A stretch of 64,000 nucleotides of DNA from an uncultured Ruminococcus sp. (GTDB lineage Bacteria > Bacillota > Clostridia > Oscillospirales > Ruminococcaceae). The stretch spans positions 9,950-73,949 of the forward strand of contig CAMOGY010000003.1 of assembly GCA_946614445.1 (NCBI GenBank), written 5' to 3'. This document shows, piece by piece, positions 28,122-37,919 of this stretch (within the stretch, counting starts at the first letter, position 1; the number at the start of each line of letters is the position of its first letter). The translations under genes and the position numbers were made by a program. Below the pieces are notes generated by a model. The model saw only the letters and a list, made by a program, of their open reading frames with translations. It ran no database searches and had not been told where the DNA came from.

Positions 28122-30800
28122 TTATTCATCAGTTCCTTTCTGCGTAGTCTGCGGTGTATCGGCATCAAGGCTGTCCAGCTGCTCCAGCTCGTCCTTATCG
28201 GCTGTTTCATCGAGCTGTTCGATTTGGGAAAGCTCGTCGATGTCGTCAATATCGTCTATATCGTCTATATCGGCAATGTCATCAAACATTCCGCCGCTGT
28301 TTGTATCGGTGTTTTCCTCGGTATTTACGTTATCATCGGTGTCGCTGTCATTTCCGCCCGGGCTGCGTTTTTTCTTTGCGGGGGAAAGTGCGAGCCTGTC
28401 CTTTCTTCTGAACCAGACAACGTAGGCGGTCCAGATAACGATGCCTGCTGAGGTGATGATAAGACCCTCGGCAAAGAATCTTGTGCGGTAGGTGAAGTGT
28501 ATCTCGCTCACGCCCTCATCGCAGGGGACTGCCATGAAGCCGTAATCGACCTTGATTATCTCGGTATCCTTGCCGTTGACCTTTGCTTTCCAGCCCTTAT
28601 CGTAAGGCACGGAGAAGAAGACAAGCTTTTTGGAGGAAAGCTCTATCTTCGCCTGGAAGCCGTTGGTATCATGCTGAAAGACCTTACAGCTGTTTGCACG
28701 CCTGTCGCTGCAGTTCTGCATATACGCAGCAGCGCCGAAATCGCTTGGCATGAATGAGAAATGCTCAACATAGTCGGAATACTTCACGGCGGTGCTTGGA
28801 TCAAGAATGAGCGCTTTTGAAAGCATTTCGGCTTTATTTATATCCGTTCTCAACTCCATATCTTTCTCGGTGACGTAGTTATCAAAGGCAAAGCCCATGG
28901 GGATATAATACTGATTCTCGTAGACCCTGAAGCCGTTCTGCTTGCCGACATATTTAAAGCCGATAAGATTTCCCGGGCTTTCGGGTGATGCGCCCTGCGG
29001 CAGCGGTGTCTGGTCAAAGTAATACTTCACAGAGAGCAGGCTGCGCAGCGCATAGAGCTTTGTTTCTATCCTTGAAGCGACATCTCTTGTCTGTCCGAGC
29101 TTGGTGTAGAAATCCATTATGGACGTATTCACGACACTGTGGAAGCAGCGCATTGAGGAAAGTCCCCAGAACATACACCAGTTATCGACATCGGGTGAAG
29201 TCTCGATGCGGTAGAAGTTATTCTGCGGATTATAATAGCTGCTCTGCTTTTCAAGAAGCTCCATATCCATATTATCCGCACCGTTTATGCCCCTGTCGAT
29301 ATAATCCCTCGGCGCTTCGGTCTGGAGCGAGCCGTAGACAACGCAGGTGAACATACAGATCCCGACTGCGGCACTTGTGAGTATGCACAGGACTCTCTTA
29401 TAATTGAGCCTGAATTTTTTCATCCACTCTGCAACGTCATTGTGCCCGACAACGTAGATAAGGAACGCAAGCATTGCGAGCATGAGTGCGGTGACGATGA
29501 ACTGGATATAATAAAGCTCGGGGTACTTTGCCATTTTGCCGAAAACTATCTTTCCATCGACATCCTTTGGCAAAAGCCCTATGCCAAGCAGCACGGCATC
29601 GACGATAAGGACGGGCCAGAAGCCTTTTTTGAGGTCATCCTTATTCTCGGCAACGACCTTTGCCGTCATAAGGCACATGAGCAGGATAGGCATATAATAC
29701 CACCTTGCGTAGTAGGAGGCATTGAACATTACAAACGATGAATTGAGTATCGGCACGCAAGCCATTATCATAAACACGACGATCGCTTTATTTAGCCAGT
29801 GCTTTTTGCGTGTACGCATAAATGCGATGACACCTGCGACGGAGAACAGCGGCAGGTAGCCTGCCATTGAAGCCCACCTTGCTCTGTCGGAATCGAAGAT
29901 GTTTATTCTTGCGGGCATATCGTTGAGCATAAAGAACGCCTGGAATATTCGTGGGATACGGACGCTTTCGTTATAGACCACCATATCCATTCCCCAGAGC
30001 CTTTCGTTCAGGCGTGGGTTTTCGATTATATCCATGCAGGCAGGGAGGAAGAGGAACGCTGCGAGCATTATTCCCAGGACGGCTTCAAAAATGAGCCAGC
30101 CGAACTTTTTGAACGTGATATGGAAGTCCTTATCGGTGCAGCGCAGGAAGAAATAGACCACCAGGAAAACACATTCACCGATAAAGAAGAAGTAGCTGAC
30201 TATCGCACTGATAGCCATTGCCAGCGCAAAGCCGCCTTTTTTGTTATCCACTACCAGCCTTTCAAATCCTATAAGTATAAGGGGGAAGACCGCTGTTGCA
30301 TCGTGGAAGTGGTTGAAAAAAACGTTATAGATCTGAAAGCCCGAGCAGCCATAGAGCAAGCCGCCGACAAAGCAGGCTGAGGGATCTTTGACGAAGCGGC
30401 GTATATAGGCATAAGCAAACACCGCTGCTACGGACGTTTTGAGTGCCAGCAGCCAGGGTATCATATACGGCACGAATGACGACGGGAAGATAGTTGTCAG
30501 CCAGAAAAACGGCGAACCGAGCAGATAGAACGAGTAGGAGCCGATAAAGCTCGATCCGAGGTCGGTTCCCCAATCCCAGTTCATGCTGCCTGCCTGCACG
30601 CTGTCGTGGGCGTGCTGATAGAACATTATCTGCTGGGAGTTGAAATCTCCGTAATATGTGAAAATACCGCCGTTCATTATCATTCTTGGCAGGAACGAGA
30701 GCATCATTATTACAAATGACACGATGAACAGCAAAAGATATTTTTCTTTCTGTTTTTTCAGCCCTGTGCTGAAAACACCCTTCTTTACCGCAGCTTCCAT
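28122..30800 (-). CDS. YfhO-family polytopic membrane protein with acidic C-terminal tail
   Basis: 892 aa with many TM helices plus a large extracytoplasmic C-terminal domain, as in YfhO-type glycosyl transferases/flippases. Terminal ~90 aa are a D/E/I-rich low-complexity tail. Confidence 0.75.
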   Translation of the reverse strand: MEAAVKKGVFSTGLKKQKEKYLLLFIVSFVIMMLSFLPRMIMNGGIFTYYGDFNSQQIMFYQHAHDSVQAGSMNWDWGTDLGSSFIGSYSFYLLGSPFFWLTTIFPSSFVPYMIPWLLALKTSVAAVFAYAYIRRFVKDPSACFVGGLLYGCSGFQIYNVFFNHFHDATAVFPLILIGFERLVVDNKKGGFALAMAISAIVSYFFFIGECVFLVVYFFLRCTDKDFHITFKKFGWLIFEAVLGIMLAAFLFLPACMDIIENPRLNERLWGMDMVVYNESVRIPRIFQAFFMLNDMPARINIFDSDRARWASMAGYLPLFSVAGVIAFMRTRKKHWLNKAIVVFMIMACVPILNSSFVMFNASYYARWYYMPILLMCLMTAKVVAENKDDLKKGFWPVLIVDAVLLGIGLLPKDVDGKIVFGKMAKYPELYYIQFIVTALMLAMLAFLIYVVGHNDVAEWMKKFRLNYKRVLCILTSAAVGICMFTCVVYGSLQTEAPRDYIDRGINGADNMDMELLEKQSSYYNPQNNFYRIETSPDVDNWCMFWGLSSMRCFHSVVNTSIMDFYTKLGQTRDVASRIETKLYALRSLLSVKYYFDQTPLPQGASPESPGNLIGFKYVGKQNGFRVYENQYYIPMGFAFDNYVTEKDMELRTDINKAEMLSKALILDPSTAVKYSDYVEHFSFMPSDFGAAAYMQNCSDRRANSCKVFQHDTNGFQAKIELSSKKLVFFSVPYDKGWKAKVNGKDTEIIKVDYGFMAVPCDEGVSEIHFTYRTRFFAEGLIITSAGIVIWTAYVVWFRRKDRLALSPAKKKRSPGGNDSDTDDNVNTEENTDTNSGGMFDDIADIDDIDDIDDIDELSQIEQLDETADKDELEQLDSLDADTPQTTQKGTDE

Positions 30801-31184
30801 TACTTTTCCCTCTTTCGTTTATTACGGTATGGCGACCTGTCTTTAAACAAACGGTCAAATACCTTTTTAGTATAACACATCTTTTCTCTTTTTTCAACCG
30901 TCGCAGCTAAACAACATCTCAGACCCTTTACACGCTGCTGAAAAACCCGGAGCGGTGCGAAGATTTTTGCGAAGTGAGTTTAAATGCAGGTTTACACGGG
31001 AAATATTGCCCCGAGCCAAGCAAAACGAGAACTATGCACTATTTTTCGGGCGAGGGCATTGCGAACCGTCGCTGCAAAAAAAGTAAAACAGTTGCCATAT
31101 ATACTTTTGAAAAATCCGGAGCAGTGCGAAACCATCCGTTTTTACAAAGTAGATTGCGACGGAATTGCGGACAGCCGCTGCTGC

Positions 31185-31213
31185 TTTACAAAAGATAAGA
31201 AATGTGATATAAT
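31185..31213 (+). promoter_or_regulatory. Candidate sigma-A promoter of mnmE operon
   Basis: TTTACA (31185-31190), 17-nt spacer ending in TGa, TATAAT (31208-31213). Confidence 0.5.
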
Positions 31214-31285
31214 AATTTTGTATTTTGTATTGTTGAGAATTTTATTTGCAGCTTGGCAAAAAGCAGCTGAGAAAGGAGTTATGAC

Positions 31286-32650
31286 ATGGCTATATGTGCG
31301 ATATCCACACCGCTGGCTCAGGGCGGTCTTTCGGTGATAAGGATAAGCGGCGAGGACTCGCTGAAGATAGCTGAACGTGTTTTTACTCCGATAAGCTGCG
31401 AAAGCGTTGAGAAAATGAACGGGTACAGCTGCGCTTACGGGATAGTCAAGGACGCAAACGGCAGACGTGTGGACGACTGCGTGCTTACGGTCTTCCGTGC
31501 GCCGCACTCCTACACGGGCGAGGACGTTTGCGAGATAAGCTGCCACGGCGGTATATATGTTACCAAAAAAATACTCAGGCTTTGCCTTGAAAACGGGGCG
31601 GAGCTTGCAGACAGGGGAGAGTTCACGAAACGGGCTTTTCTCAACGGCAAGCTGTCGCTGACGCAGGCGGAGGCTGTTATGGACACTATCTCGGCGCAGG
31701 GCGAATTTGCGCTGAATTCGGCTAACCTTGCAAGGCAGGGAAAGCTGTTTGAAAGGATAAAGAAGATAACGGACACTCTGGTGGACATTCTCGGTGAGCT
31801 GGCGGCGTGGGTGGATTACCCCGAGGAAGACTTGCCCGAGGTGGAAAGCGGCACGCTGCTGAAAAGCCTTGAAAATGCGGCTGCGGAGCTTGAAAAGGTG
31901 ATAGAGAGCTTTGACAGGGGACTTATCTTTAAAAGCGGCATTGACACCTGCATCGCAGGAAAGCCGAACGTTGGAAAATCGGCGCTGATGAATATGCTGC
32001 TGGGATTTGACCGCTCGATAGTGACAGACATTGCAGGAACGACAAGAGATGTTATTCAGGAAAGTGCGCAGCTGGGGAGCGTTATGCTGAGGCTCTCGGA
32101 CACGGCAGGCATTCGTGAAACGGACGACACGGTGGAGCAGCTGGGCGTGGAGCTTGCAAGAAAGCGGCTGGACGGGGCGATGCTGATAATGGCGGTATTT
32201 GACTCATCGCAGGAGCTTGACGGACAGGACAGGCAGCTGCTGGAATATATTTTGCAGACGGGAAAAAAGGTGCTGATAATTTTCAACAAGACAGACCTGC
32301 AAACGCTTGCGGACAAGTCAGAGCTTGAAAAATACGGCAGAGTTATCGAGATAAGTGCGAAAAACGGGCAGGGGCTGGACGAGATACAGGCTGCTGTTGA
32401 GGAGCTTTTCGGCGTGGGTGAATACGATGCCGACAGCGACATTTTTGCAAACGAGCGGCAGAAAATATGTGCGCAAAAGGCACTGGCTGCTTTGCGTGAG
32501 GCTGCGGGTGCGCTTAACTCGGGTCTGACGCTGGACGCTGTGACGGTGATGACGGACAGCGCTGCCAACGCTTTGCTTGAGCTTACGGGAGAAAAGGCTA
32601 CCGAGGCGGTAGTGGACAATGTATTTGCAAAATTCTGTGTGGGTAAATAG
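31286..32650 (+). CDS. mnmE: tRNA uridine-5-carboxymethylaminomethyl modification GTPase MnmE
   Basis: 454 aa with G-domain motifs GKPNVGKS and DTAG, and the C-terminal FCVGK motif. Confidence 0.95.
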   Translation: MAICAISTPLAQGGLSVIRISGEDSLKIAERVFTPISCESVEKMNGYSCAYGIVKDANGRRVDDCVLTVFRAPHSYTGEDVCEISCHGGIYVTKKILRLCLENGAELADRGEFTKRAFLNGKLSLTQAEAVMDTISAQGEFALNSANLARQGKLFERIKKITDTLVDILGELAAWVDYPEEDLPEVESGTLLKSLENAAAELEKVIESFDRGLIFKSGIDTCIAGKPNVGKSALMNMLLGFDRSIVTDIAGTTRDVIQESAQLGSVMLRLSDTAGIRETDDTVEQLGVELARKRLDGAMLIMAVFDSSQELDGQDRQLLEYILQTGKKVLIIFNKTDLQTLADKSELEKYGRVIEISAKNGQGLDEIQAAVEELFGVGEYDADSDIFANERQKICAQKALAALREAAGALNSGLTLDAVTVMTDSAANALLELTGEKATEAVVDNVFAKFCVGK

Positions 32651-32697
32651 GCGGCTCGGCGCTTGCCTTTGAGATTTGAAAGAGGGTTCTTTTAACA

Positions 32698-34590
32698 ATG
32701 GAAGATGCACTGAAGAATGAATATTTTGATGCCGTTGTTATCGGGGCAGGGCACGCAGGCTGTGAGGCGGCTCTTGCCTGCGCACGGCTGGGACTGAAAA
32801 CTGCTATTTTTACGATAAGCCTTGACTGCGTGGCAAATATGCCCTGCAACCCTTCCATTGGCGGAACTGCCAAAGGGCATCTTGTGCGTGAGATAGATGC
32901 GCTGGGCGGCGAGATGGGCAAGGCGGCTGACAGGACGATGATACAGAGCCGTATGCTCAACAGGGGAAAAGGCCCTGCGGTACACTCTTTGCGTGCGCAG
33001 ATAGACAGGTCGGCTTATCACGAGCTGATGAAAAACACTATCGAAAAGCAGGACGGGCTTTACTTAAAGCAGGCGGAGATAACGCAGATATTATTTGAAA
33101 ACGGCGCTGTTACGGGCGTTAAAACTCTGCTTGGGACACAGTACGACTGCAGGGCGGTAATTATTGCGAGCGGAACTTACCTTGGGGGAGTTATTCACGT
33201 TGGTGCGGTATCATACCCAAGCGGTCCTGACAGCATAAAACCTGCGCAGGCGCTGACAAAGTGCCTGACAGATGCGGGGATAGAGATGCGACGATTCAAG
33301 ACGGGCACACCTGCGAGAGTACACAAGCGCTCGATAGATTTCGACAAGCTCGAGGAGCAGGCAGGCGATGAGGAGATAACGCCGTTCTCGTTTTCGACAA
33401 GGGGCGGACTGAAAAACGAAGTTAAGTGCTATGTTGCATACACCAACGAGGAAACGCACAGGATAATAAAGGACAACATTCATCTTTCTCCGATTTACTC
33501 GGGCAGGATAAATGCGATAGGTCCACGCTACTGCCCCTCGATAGAGGACAAGATAATGCGCTTTTCGGACAAGCCCAGGCACCAGCTTTTCATAGAGCCG
33601 ATGGGGCTTGGCACGCAGGAATACTATTTGCAGGGAATGAGCTCATCGCTGCCCGAATTTGTACAGCTGGAATTTCTGCACTCGATAAAGGGGCTGGAGC
33701 GTGTGGAGATAATGCGCAACGCTTATGCGATAGAATACGACTGCTGCGACCCGACTCAGCTCCGGGCAACGCTGGAATTCAAAAAGATAAGCGGTCTTTA
33801 CGGTGCGGGGCAGTTCAACGGGACATCGGGCTACGAGGAGGCTGCTGCGCAGGGCTTGGTGGCAGGCGTGAACGCTGCTTTGAAGATAAAGGGCGAAGCT
33901 CCGCTTATTCTTGACAGGGCAAGCTCTTACATCGGCACGCTGATAGACGACCTGGTAACAAAGGGCTGTGAGGATCCTTACAGGATGCTGACATCACGCA
34001 GCGAATACCGTTTGCTTTTGCGGCAGGACAACGCTGACATAAGGCTCGTTCCCGAGGGACACAGGATAGGACTGGTGAGCGATGAGGCTTATGAGCACCT
34101 TTTGAGAAAGAACGAGCTTATCGCTCGGGAGATAGAGAGAGTAAAGCACGTTAATCTTGCTCCCGGCGAGGAGATAAACGCTTTGCTGGAAAGCCTGGGG
34201 ACTGATCCCCTAAACAACGGCATAAAGCTCTCGCAGCTGATAAAGCGCCCCGGCGTGACCTACGATATGCTTGCGCCTTTTGACAAAAAGCGCCCAGAGC
34301 TTGATAAAGAGGTCACCGAGCAGGTCGAATTGCAGATAAAATATGACGGTTACATAAAGATACAGCTGGAGCAGGTGGAGGCTATGCGAAAGCTGGAAAG
34401 CAAGGCTTTGCCGACAGACATTGACTACGCTTCGGTCGGCAGCCTGCGGCTTGAAGCGATAGAAAAGCTGAACAAGATAAAACCACTTTCGGTAGGGCAG
34501 GCGAGCCGCATAAGCGGCGTGAACCCTGCGGACGTGGGAGTTTTGCTCGTATGGCTGGAGCAGCAGGGCAGAGAAAAGGCAAAGAAATAA
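32698..34590 (+). CDS. mnmG: tRNA uridine 5-carboxymethylaminomethyl modification enzyme MnmG (GidA)
   Basis: 630 aa with the FAD motif VVIGAGHAGCEAA. GidA-like throughout. Confidence 0.95.
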   Translation: MEDALKNEYFDAVVIGAGHAGCEAALACARLGLKTAIFTISLDCVANMPCNPSIGGTAKGHLVREIDALGGEMGKAADRTMIQSRMLNRGKGPAVHSLRAQIDRSAYHELMKNTIEKQDGLYLKQAEITQILFENGAVTGVKTLLGTQYDCRAVIIASGTYLGGVIHVGAVSYPSGPDSIKPAQALTKCLTDAGIEMRRFKTGTPARVHKRSIDFDKLEEQAGDEEITPFSFSTRGGLKNEVKCYVAYTNEETHRIIKDNIHLSPIYSGRINAIGPRYCPSIEDKIMRFSDKPRHQLFIEPMGLGTQEYYLQGMSSSLPEFVQLEFLHSIKGLERVEIMRNAYAIEYDCCDPTQLRATLEFKKISGLYGAGQFNGTSGYEEAAAQGLVAGVNAALKIKGEAPLILDRASSYIGTLIDDLVTKGCEDPYRMLTSRSEYRLLLRQDNADIRLVPEGHRIGLVSDEAYEHLLRKNELIAREIERVKHVNLAPGEEINALLESLGTDPLNNGIKLSQLIKRPGVTYDMLAPFDKKRPELDKEVTEQVELQIKYDGYIKIQLEQVEAMRKLESKALPTDIDYASVGSLRLEAIEKLNKIKPLSVGQASRISGVNPADVGVLLVWLEQQGREKAKK

Positions 34591-34591
34591 C

Positions 34592-34613
34592 GGGCAAAGG
34601 CGCTTGCCCTTTT
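34592..34613 (+). terminator. Weak hairpin plus T-run after mnmG (possible partial terminator)
   Basis: GGGCAA-aggcgc-TTGCCC followed by TTTT. Confidence 0.4.
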
Positions 34614-34638
34614 ATCAACGCAGAAAGGACATAAATAT

Positions 34639-35352
34639 ATGATCTTGGAACGAGATAGATTCTTAAAGATGTTTGCTGACGCAGGCATTTCGATAACAGA
34701 TGAGCAATACTACAAGCTGGGTTTGTACAGCGAGCTGCTCGTGCAATGGAACGAAAGGATAAACCTGACGGCCATAACCGATGCCGAGGGTATTTCGATA
34801 AAGCATTTTTACGACAGCATTTACCCGTTTTACCTTGCAGGTGTGCCACGTTCAAGCAGTATGATAGATGTGGGAACGGGAGCAGGCTTCCCGTCATGCC
34901 CTGTGAAGATATGGCGTGATGACCTGAACATAACGCTGCTGGACAGCTTACAAAAGCGCATAACCTTCCTGGCGCAGCTTTCAGATCAGCTGGGACTGGG
35001 TGCGACCTGCATACATTCTCGTGCCGAGGATATCGGCAGAAGCGGCGAATTCCGTGAAAAGTACGATATTGCGACGGCAAGGGCAGTTGCTGAGCTGAAG
35101 GAGCTTTGCGAATACTGTTTGCCGCTGGTGAAGGTGGGCGGACGGTTCATTGCGCTGAAAGGTTCGCAGGCGCAGGAGGAGCTTGACCGTGCGGGCGAGG
35201 CTATAAAGCTGCTTGGCGGTGAGCTTGATCTGGTGAAGGAATACACGCTGCCAAACGGTGACGCACGCACGCTGATAGTTATCGGCAAGGCGGCGCAGAC
35301 TCCCGAAAAATACCCTCGCCCGACGGCGCAGATAAAAAAGCACAGTCTTTGA
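34639..35352 (+). CDS. rsmG: 16S rRNA (guanine527-N7)-methyltransferase RsmG (GidB)
   Basis: 237 aa with the SAM motif DVGTGAGFP. Conserved mnmG-rsmG synteny. Confidence 0.9.
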   Translation: MILERDRFLKMFADAGISITDEQYYKLGLYSELLVQWNERINLTAITDAEGISIKHFYDSIYPFYLAGVPRSSSMIDVGTGAGFPSCPVKIWRDDLNITLLDSLQKRITFLAQLSDQLGLGATCIHSRAEDIGRSGEFREKYDIATARAVAELKELCEYCLPLVKVGGRFIALKGSQAQEELDRAGEAIKLLGGELDLVKEYTLPNGDARTLIVIGKAAQTPEKYPRPTAQIKKHSL

Positions 35353-35419
35353 CAAAGGGCGGCTGTTGTGATATATTAGAGAAAAGATGTAAAGGATAAG
35401 GCGTAAGAGGATAGGTAAG

Positions 35420-36205
35420 ATGAACAATATTTTCGATTCGCACTGCCACTACGATGACCACTGGTTTGACGAGGACAGGCAGGAGGTGCTTGACAGGGTG
35501 CTGGGTAAGGATTCGGCGGTGAGCTTTGTGAACCATGCGGCGACAGATGTTGATTCTTCGCTGTTTGGGATAGAAAACGCAAAGAAATACCCGAATTTTT
35601 ACACATCGGTCGGTTTTCACCCCGAAAATGTGGATACACTGCCAGAGAACTGGCTCGGCAAGCTGGGTGAGCTTTATGAGCTTGCGGCGGCAACGGGAAA
35701 GCTGACGGCGATAGGCGAGATAGGGCTTGATTATCACTACGAGGGCTACAACAGAGAGCTGGAGATAGAGGTGTTTGAAAAGCAGCTCGCTTTTGCAGCC
35801 GAAAAAGACCTGCCGGTAATAGTTCACTCCCGTGATGCGACGCAGGACACGATGGAGCTTTTGAAAAAATACAAGGCAAAGGGCGTTATACACTGCTTTT
35901 CAGGCTCTGCCGAAACTGCCGAGGAAGCGATAGGCATGGGACTGTACATCGGGTTCACGGGCGTGCTTGCTTTTAAAAACGCAAAAAAGGCTCTGAGGGC
36001 ACTGGAAAAAGTTCCGATGGACAGGCTTTTGCTTGAAACGGACTGCCCGTATATGGCTCCGCCGCCGTTTCGTGGGCAAAGGTGCGAGAGCACGATGATA
36101 GCGCAGGTCGCTGAGGTCGTTGCCGAGCAAAAGGGACTTTCGCCGCAGCAGGTGTGCGACATGACCTGCGAAAATGCAAAAAGGCTTTACGGCATTGACC
36201 GCTGA
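35420..36205 (+). CDS. TatD-family metal-dependent hydrolase
   Basis: 261 aa with an N-terminal DSHCH motif and a TatD-like pattern of His/Asp/Glu ligands. Confidence 0.85.
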   Translation: MNNIFDSHCHYDDHWFDEDRQEVLDRVLGKDSAVSFVNHAATDVDSSLFGIENAKKYPNFYTSVGFHPENVDTLPENWLGKLGELYELAAATGKLTAIGEIGLDYHYEGYNRELEIEVFEKQLAFAAEKDLPVIVHSRDATQDTMELLKKYKAKGVIHCFSGSAETAEEAIGMGLYIGFTGVLAFKNAKKALRALEKVPMDRLLLETDCPYMAPPPFRGQRCESTMIAQVAEVVAEQKGLSPQQVCDMTCENAKRLYGIDR

Positions 36206-36267
36206 GCTTTGAACAGAAAATAAAATCCGGCGGCAAGGCTGCTGCCGTTAAGAAAGAATGGATACAG

Positions 36268-37242
36268 ATGCTTGAAAAACTTTATATTGTGATACCCTGC
36301 TACAACGAGGAGGAGATGCTGCCGATAACTGCAAAGGCTCTGCTTGAAAAAATGCAGGCTCTGGTGCAGGAGCAGAAGATACACCCCGACAGCAAGGTGA
36401 TGTTTGTGGACGACGGTTCAAAGGATGCGACGTGGGACATAATCTGCAAGCTGAACAAGGGGATACCGTTTTTCACGGGGATAAAGCTGTCACGCAACAA
36501 AGGTCACCAGAACGCTTTGCTTGCGGGAATGAACACGGCGATAAAATACGCTGACATCATCATCTCGATGGACGCTGACTTGCAGGACGACATAAACGCT
36601 ATCGACGGTTTTCTTGAAAAACGTGCGCAGGGCTGTGAGATAGTTTACGGCGTGAGAAGCTCAAGGGAAACGGACACGCAGTTCAAGAGGGGAACGGCAA
36701 GAGGCTACTACAAGCTGCTTTCAAAAATGGGCGTTGAGATAACCTACGACCATGCTGATTACAGGCTGATGAGCAGGCGTGCTGTTGAGGCGCTGGGAGA
36801 ATTCAAGGAGGTCAACCTTTTCCTGAGGGGACTTGTGCCGATGCTGGGCTTCAAGAGCGACACGGTGGAATATGTGCGCAACGAGAGGCAGGCAGGTGAA
36901 TCAAAATACCCTTTGAAAAAGATGATATCGTTTGCGATAGAGGGTATAACCTCGCTCTCGGTAAAGCCGATAAGGTTTATTACGTTCCTGGGATTTTTCA
37001 TATTTTTCGTTTCGATAATAATGCTGATAAAATTCCTGATAACCTGGGCGATAGGGAACGCTGTTCCCGGGTGGTCAACGATAGTTATTTCGATATGGGC
37101 TATCGGCGGTCTGCAGCTGCTTTCGATAGGAGTTATCGGTGAATATATCGGAAAGATATATCTTGAAACAAAGGCAAGGCCAAAATATATAATCGAGACT
37201 GATCTTGAGGAAAAAGGAGAAAATGATAATGGCACAGAATAA
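36268..37242 (+). CDS. GT2-family polyprenyl-phosphate glycosyltransferase (GtrB/CsbB-like)
   Basis: 324 aa with IVIPCYNEE, DDGSKD and DADLQDD motifs, plus two C-terminal TM helices. Confidence 0.8.
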   Translation: MLEKLYIVIPCYNEEEMLPITAKALLEKMQALVQEQKIHPDSKVMFVDDGSKDATWDIICKLNKGIPFFTGIKLSRNKGHQNALLAGMNTAIKYADIIISMDADLQDDINAIDGFLEKRAQGCEIVYGVRSSRETDTQFKRGTARGYYKLLSKMGVEITYDHADYRLMSRRAVEALGEFKEVNLFLRGLVPMLGFKSDTVEYVRNERQAGESKYPLKKMISFAIEGITSLSVKPIRFITFLGFFIFFVSIIMLIKFLITWAIGNAVPGWSTIVISIWAIGGLQLLSIGVIGEYIGKIYLETKARPKYIIETDLEEKGENDNGTE

Positions 37243-37795
37243 GGATAACGAGAACACTCAGAACAAGAACAATGATGAGGTCGAGTTCGATCTTTCAAGA
37301 GTTGACAACACGCCGCTGCTTGAGGCTATTGCAAGGCTGAGGGCAGGTTACAGCGATGAGGCAAGAGACGAGGTAATAAGAACTGCGATATTTAATGCGA
37401 CTTATTTCGTGCCTGCGGTTTTTGACCAGACGACCGAGATGGTACAGGGCGAGGACAACAGGATCGAAGTGGAGGAGCGCCCCAAGGCACAGTTCATACT
37501 GATACAGAACCCCGACGGTGACAAGTACCTGCCTGCTTTTACATCGCACGATGATGTTGAAAAGTTCGGCAAGGAACAGGGCACGCCATGCGAGGCTTTT
37601 ATGATGAGATTCAGCAACCTTGCCGAGATACTTGAACCGCAGGACGAGATAAAGGGCTTTGTTATAAACCCGTTTGAGCAGAACCTGCCTTTTATCACGC
37701 CGTTCATAAGATCGCTGAGGCAGACGCTTACCCAGCAGATGAAAAATATGCAGGACAAGCCGGACATCACAATGACAACAAGCAACGACAAATAA
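37223..37795 (+). CDS. SseB-like family protein (tentative)
   Basis: 190 aa. The central ...NPDGDKYLPAFTSHDDVEKF... resembles the SseB N-terminal domain. The start is ambiguous (ATG at 37223 or 37229 after AAAAGGAGA; the ORF-track TTG at 37205 is unlikely). Confidence 0.5.
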   Translation: MIMAQNKDNENTQNKNNDEVEFDLSRVDNTPLLEAIARLRAGYSDEARDEVIRTAIFNATYFVPAVFDQTTEMVQGEDNRIEVEERPKAQFILIQNPDGDKYLPAFTSHDDVEKFGKEQGTPCEAFMMRFSNLAEILEPQDEIKGFVINPFEQNLPFITPFIRSLRQTLTQQMKNMQDKPDITMTTSNDK

Positions 37796-37830
37796 GTCAG
37801 CAAATATTTTCCTTATTTATATATAGTGCG

Positions 37831-37859
37831 TTGACAAATTGATAATAATGTGCTATACT
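37831..37859 (+). promoter_or_regulatory. Near-consensus sigma-A promoter
   Basis: TTGACA (37831-37836), 17-nt spacer ending in TGc, TATACT (37854-37859). Confidence 0.55.
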
Positions 37860-37919
37860 GATAATTGTGTAATAGCACGGTTTTTTTGCCGTGCCAACAA
37901 GTTTGAAGGAGCAGATATT

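Noticed and set aside
30974-31337. ORFs 30974..31198 (74 aa) and 30984..31337 (117 aa) upstream of mnmE
   Set aside because: There is no RBS, the two overlap each other and the mnmE start, and they span the mnmE promoter. Their composition is unlike the neighbouring genes.
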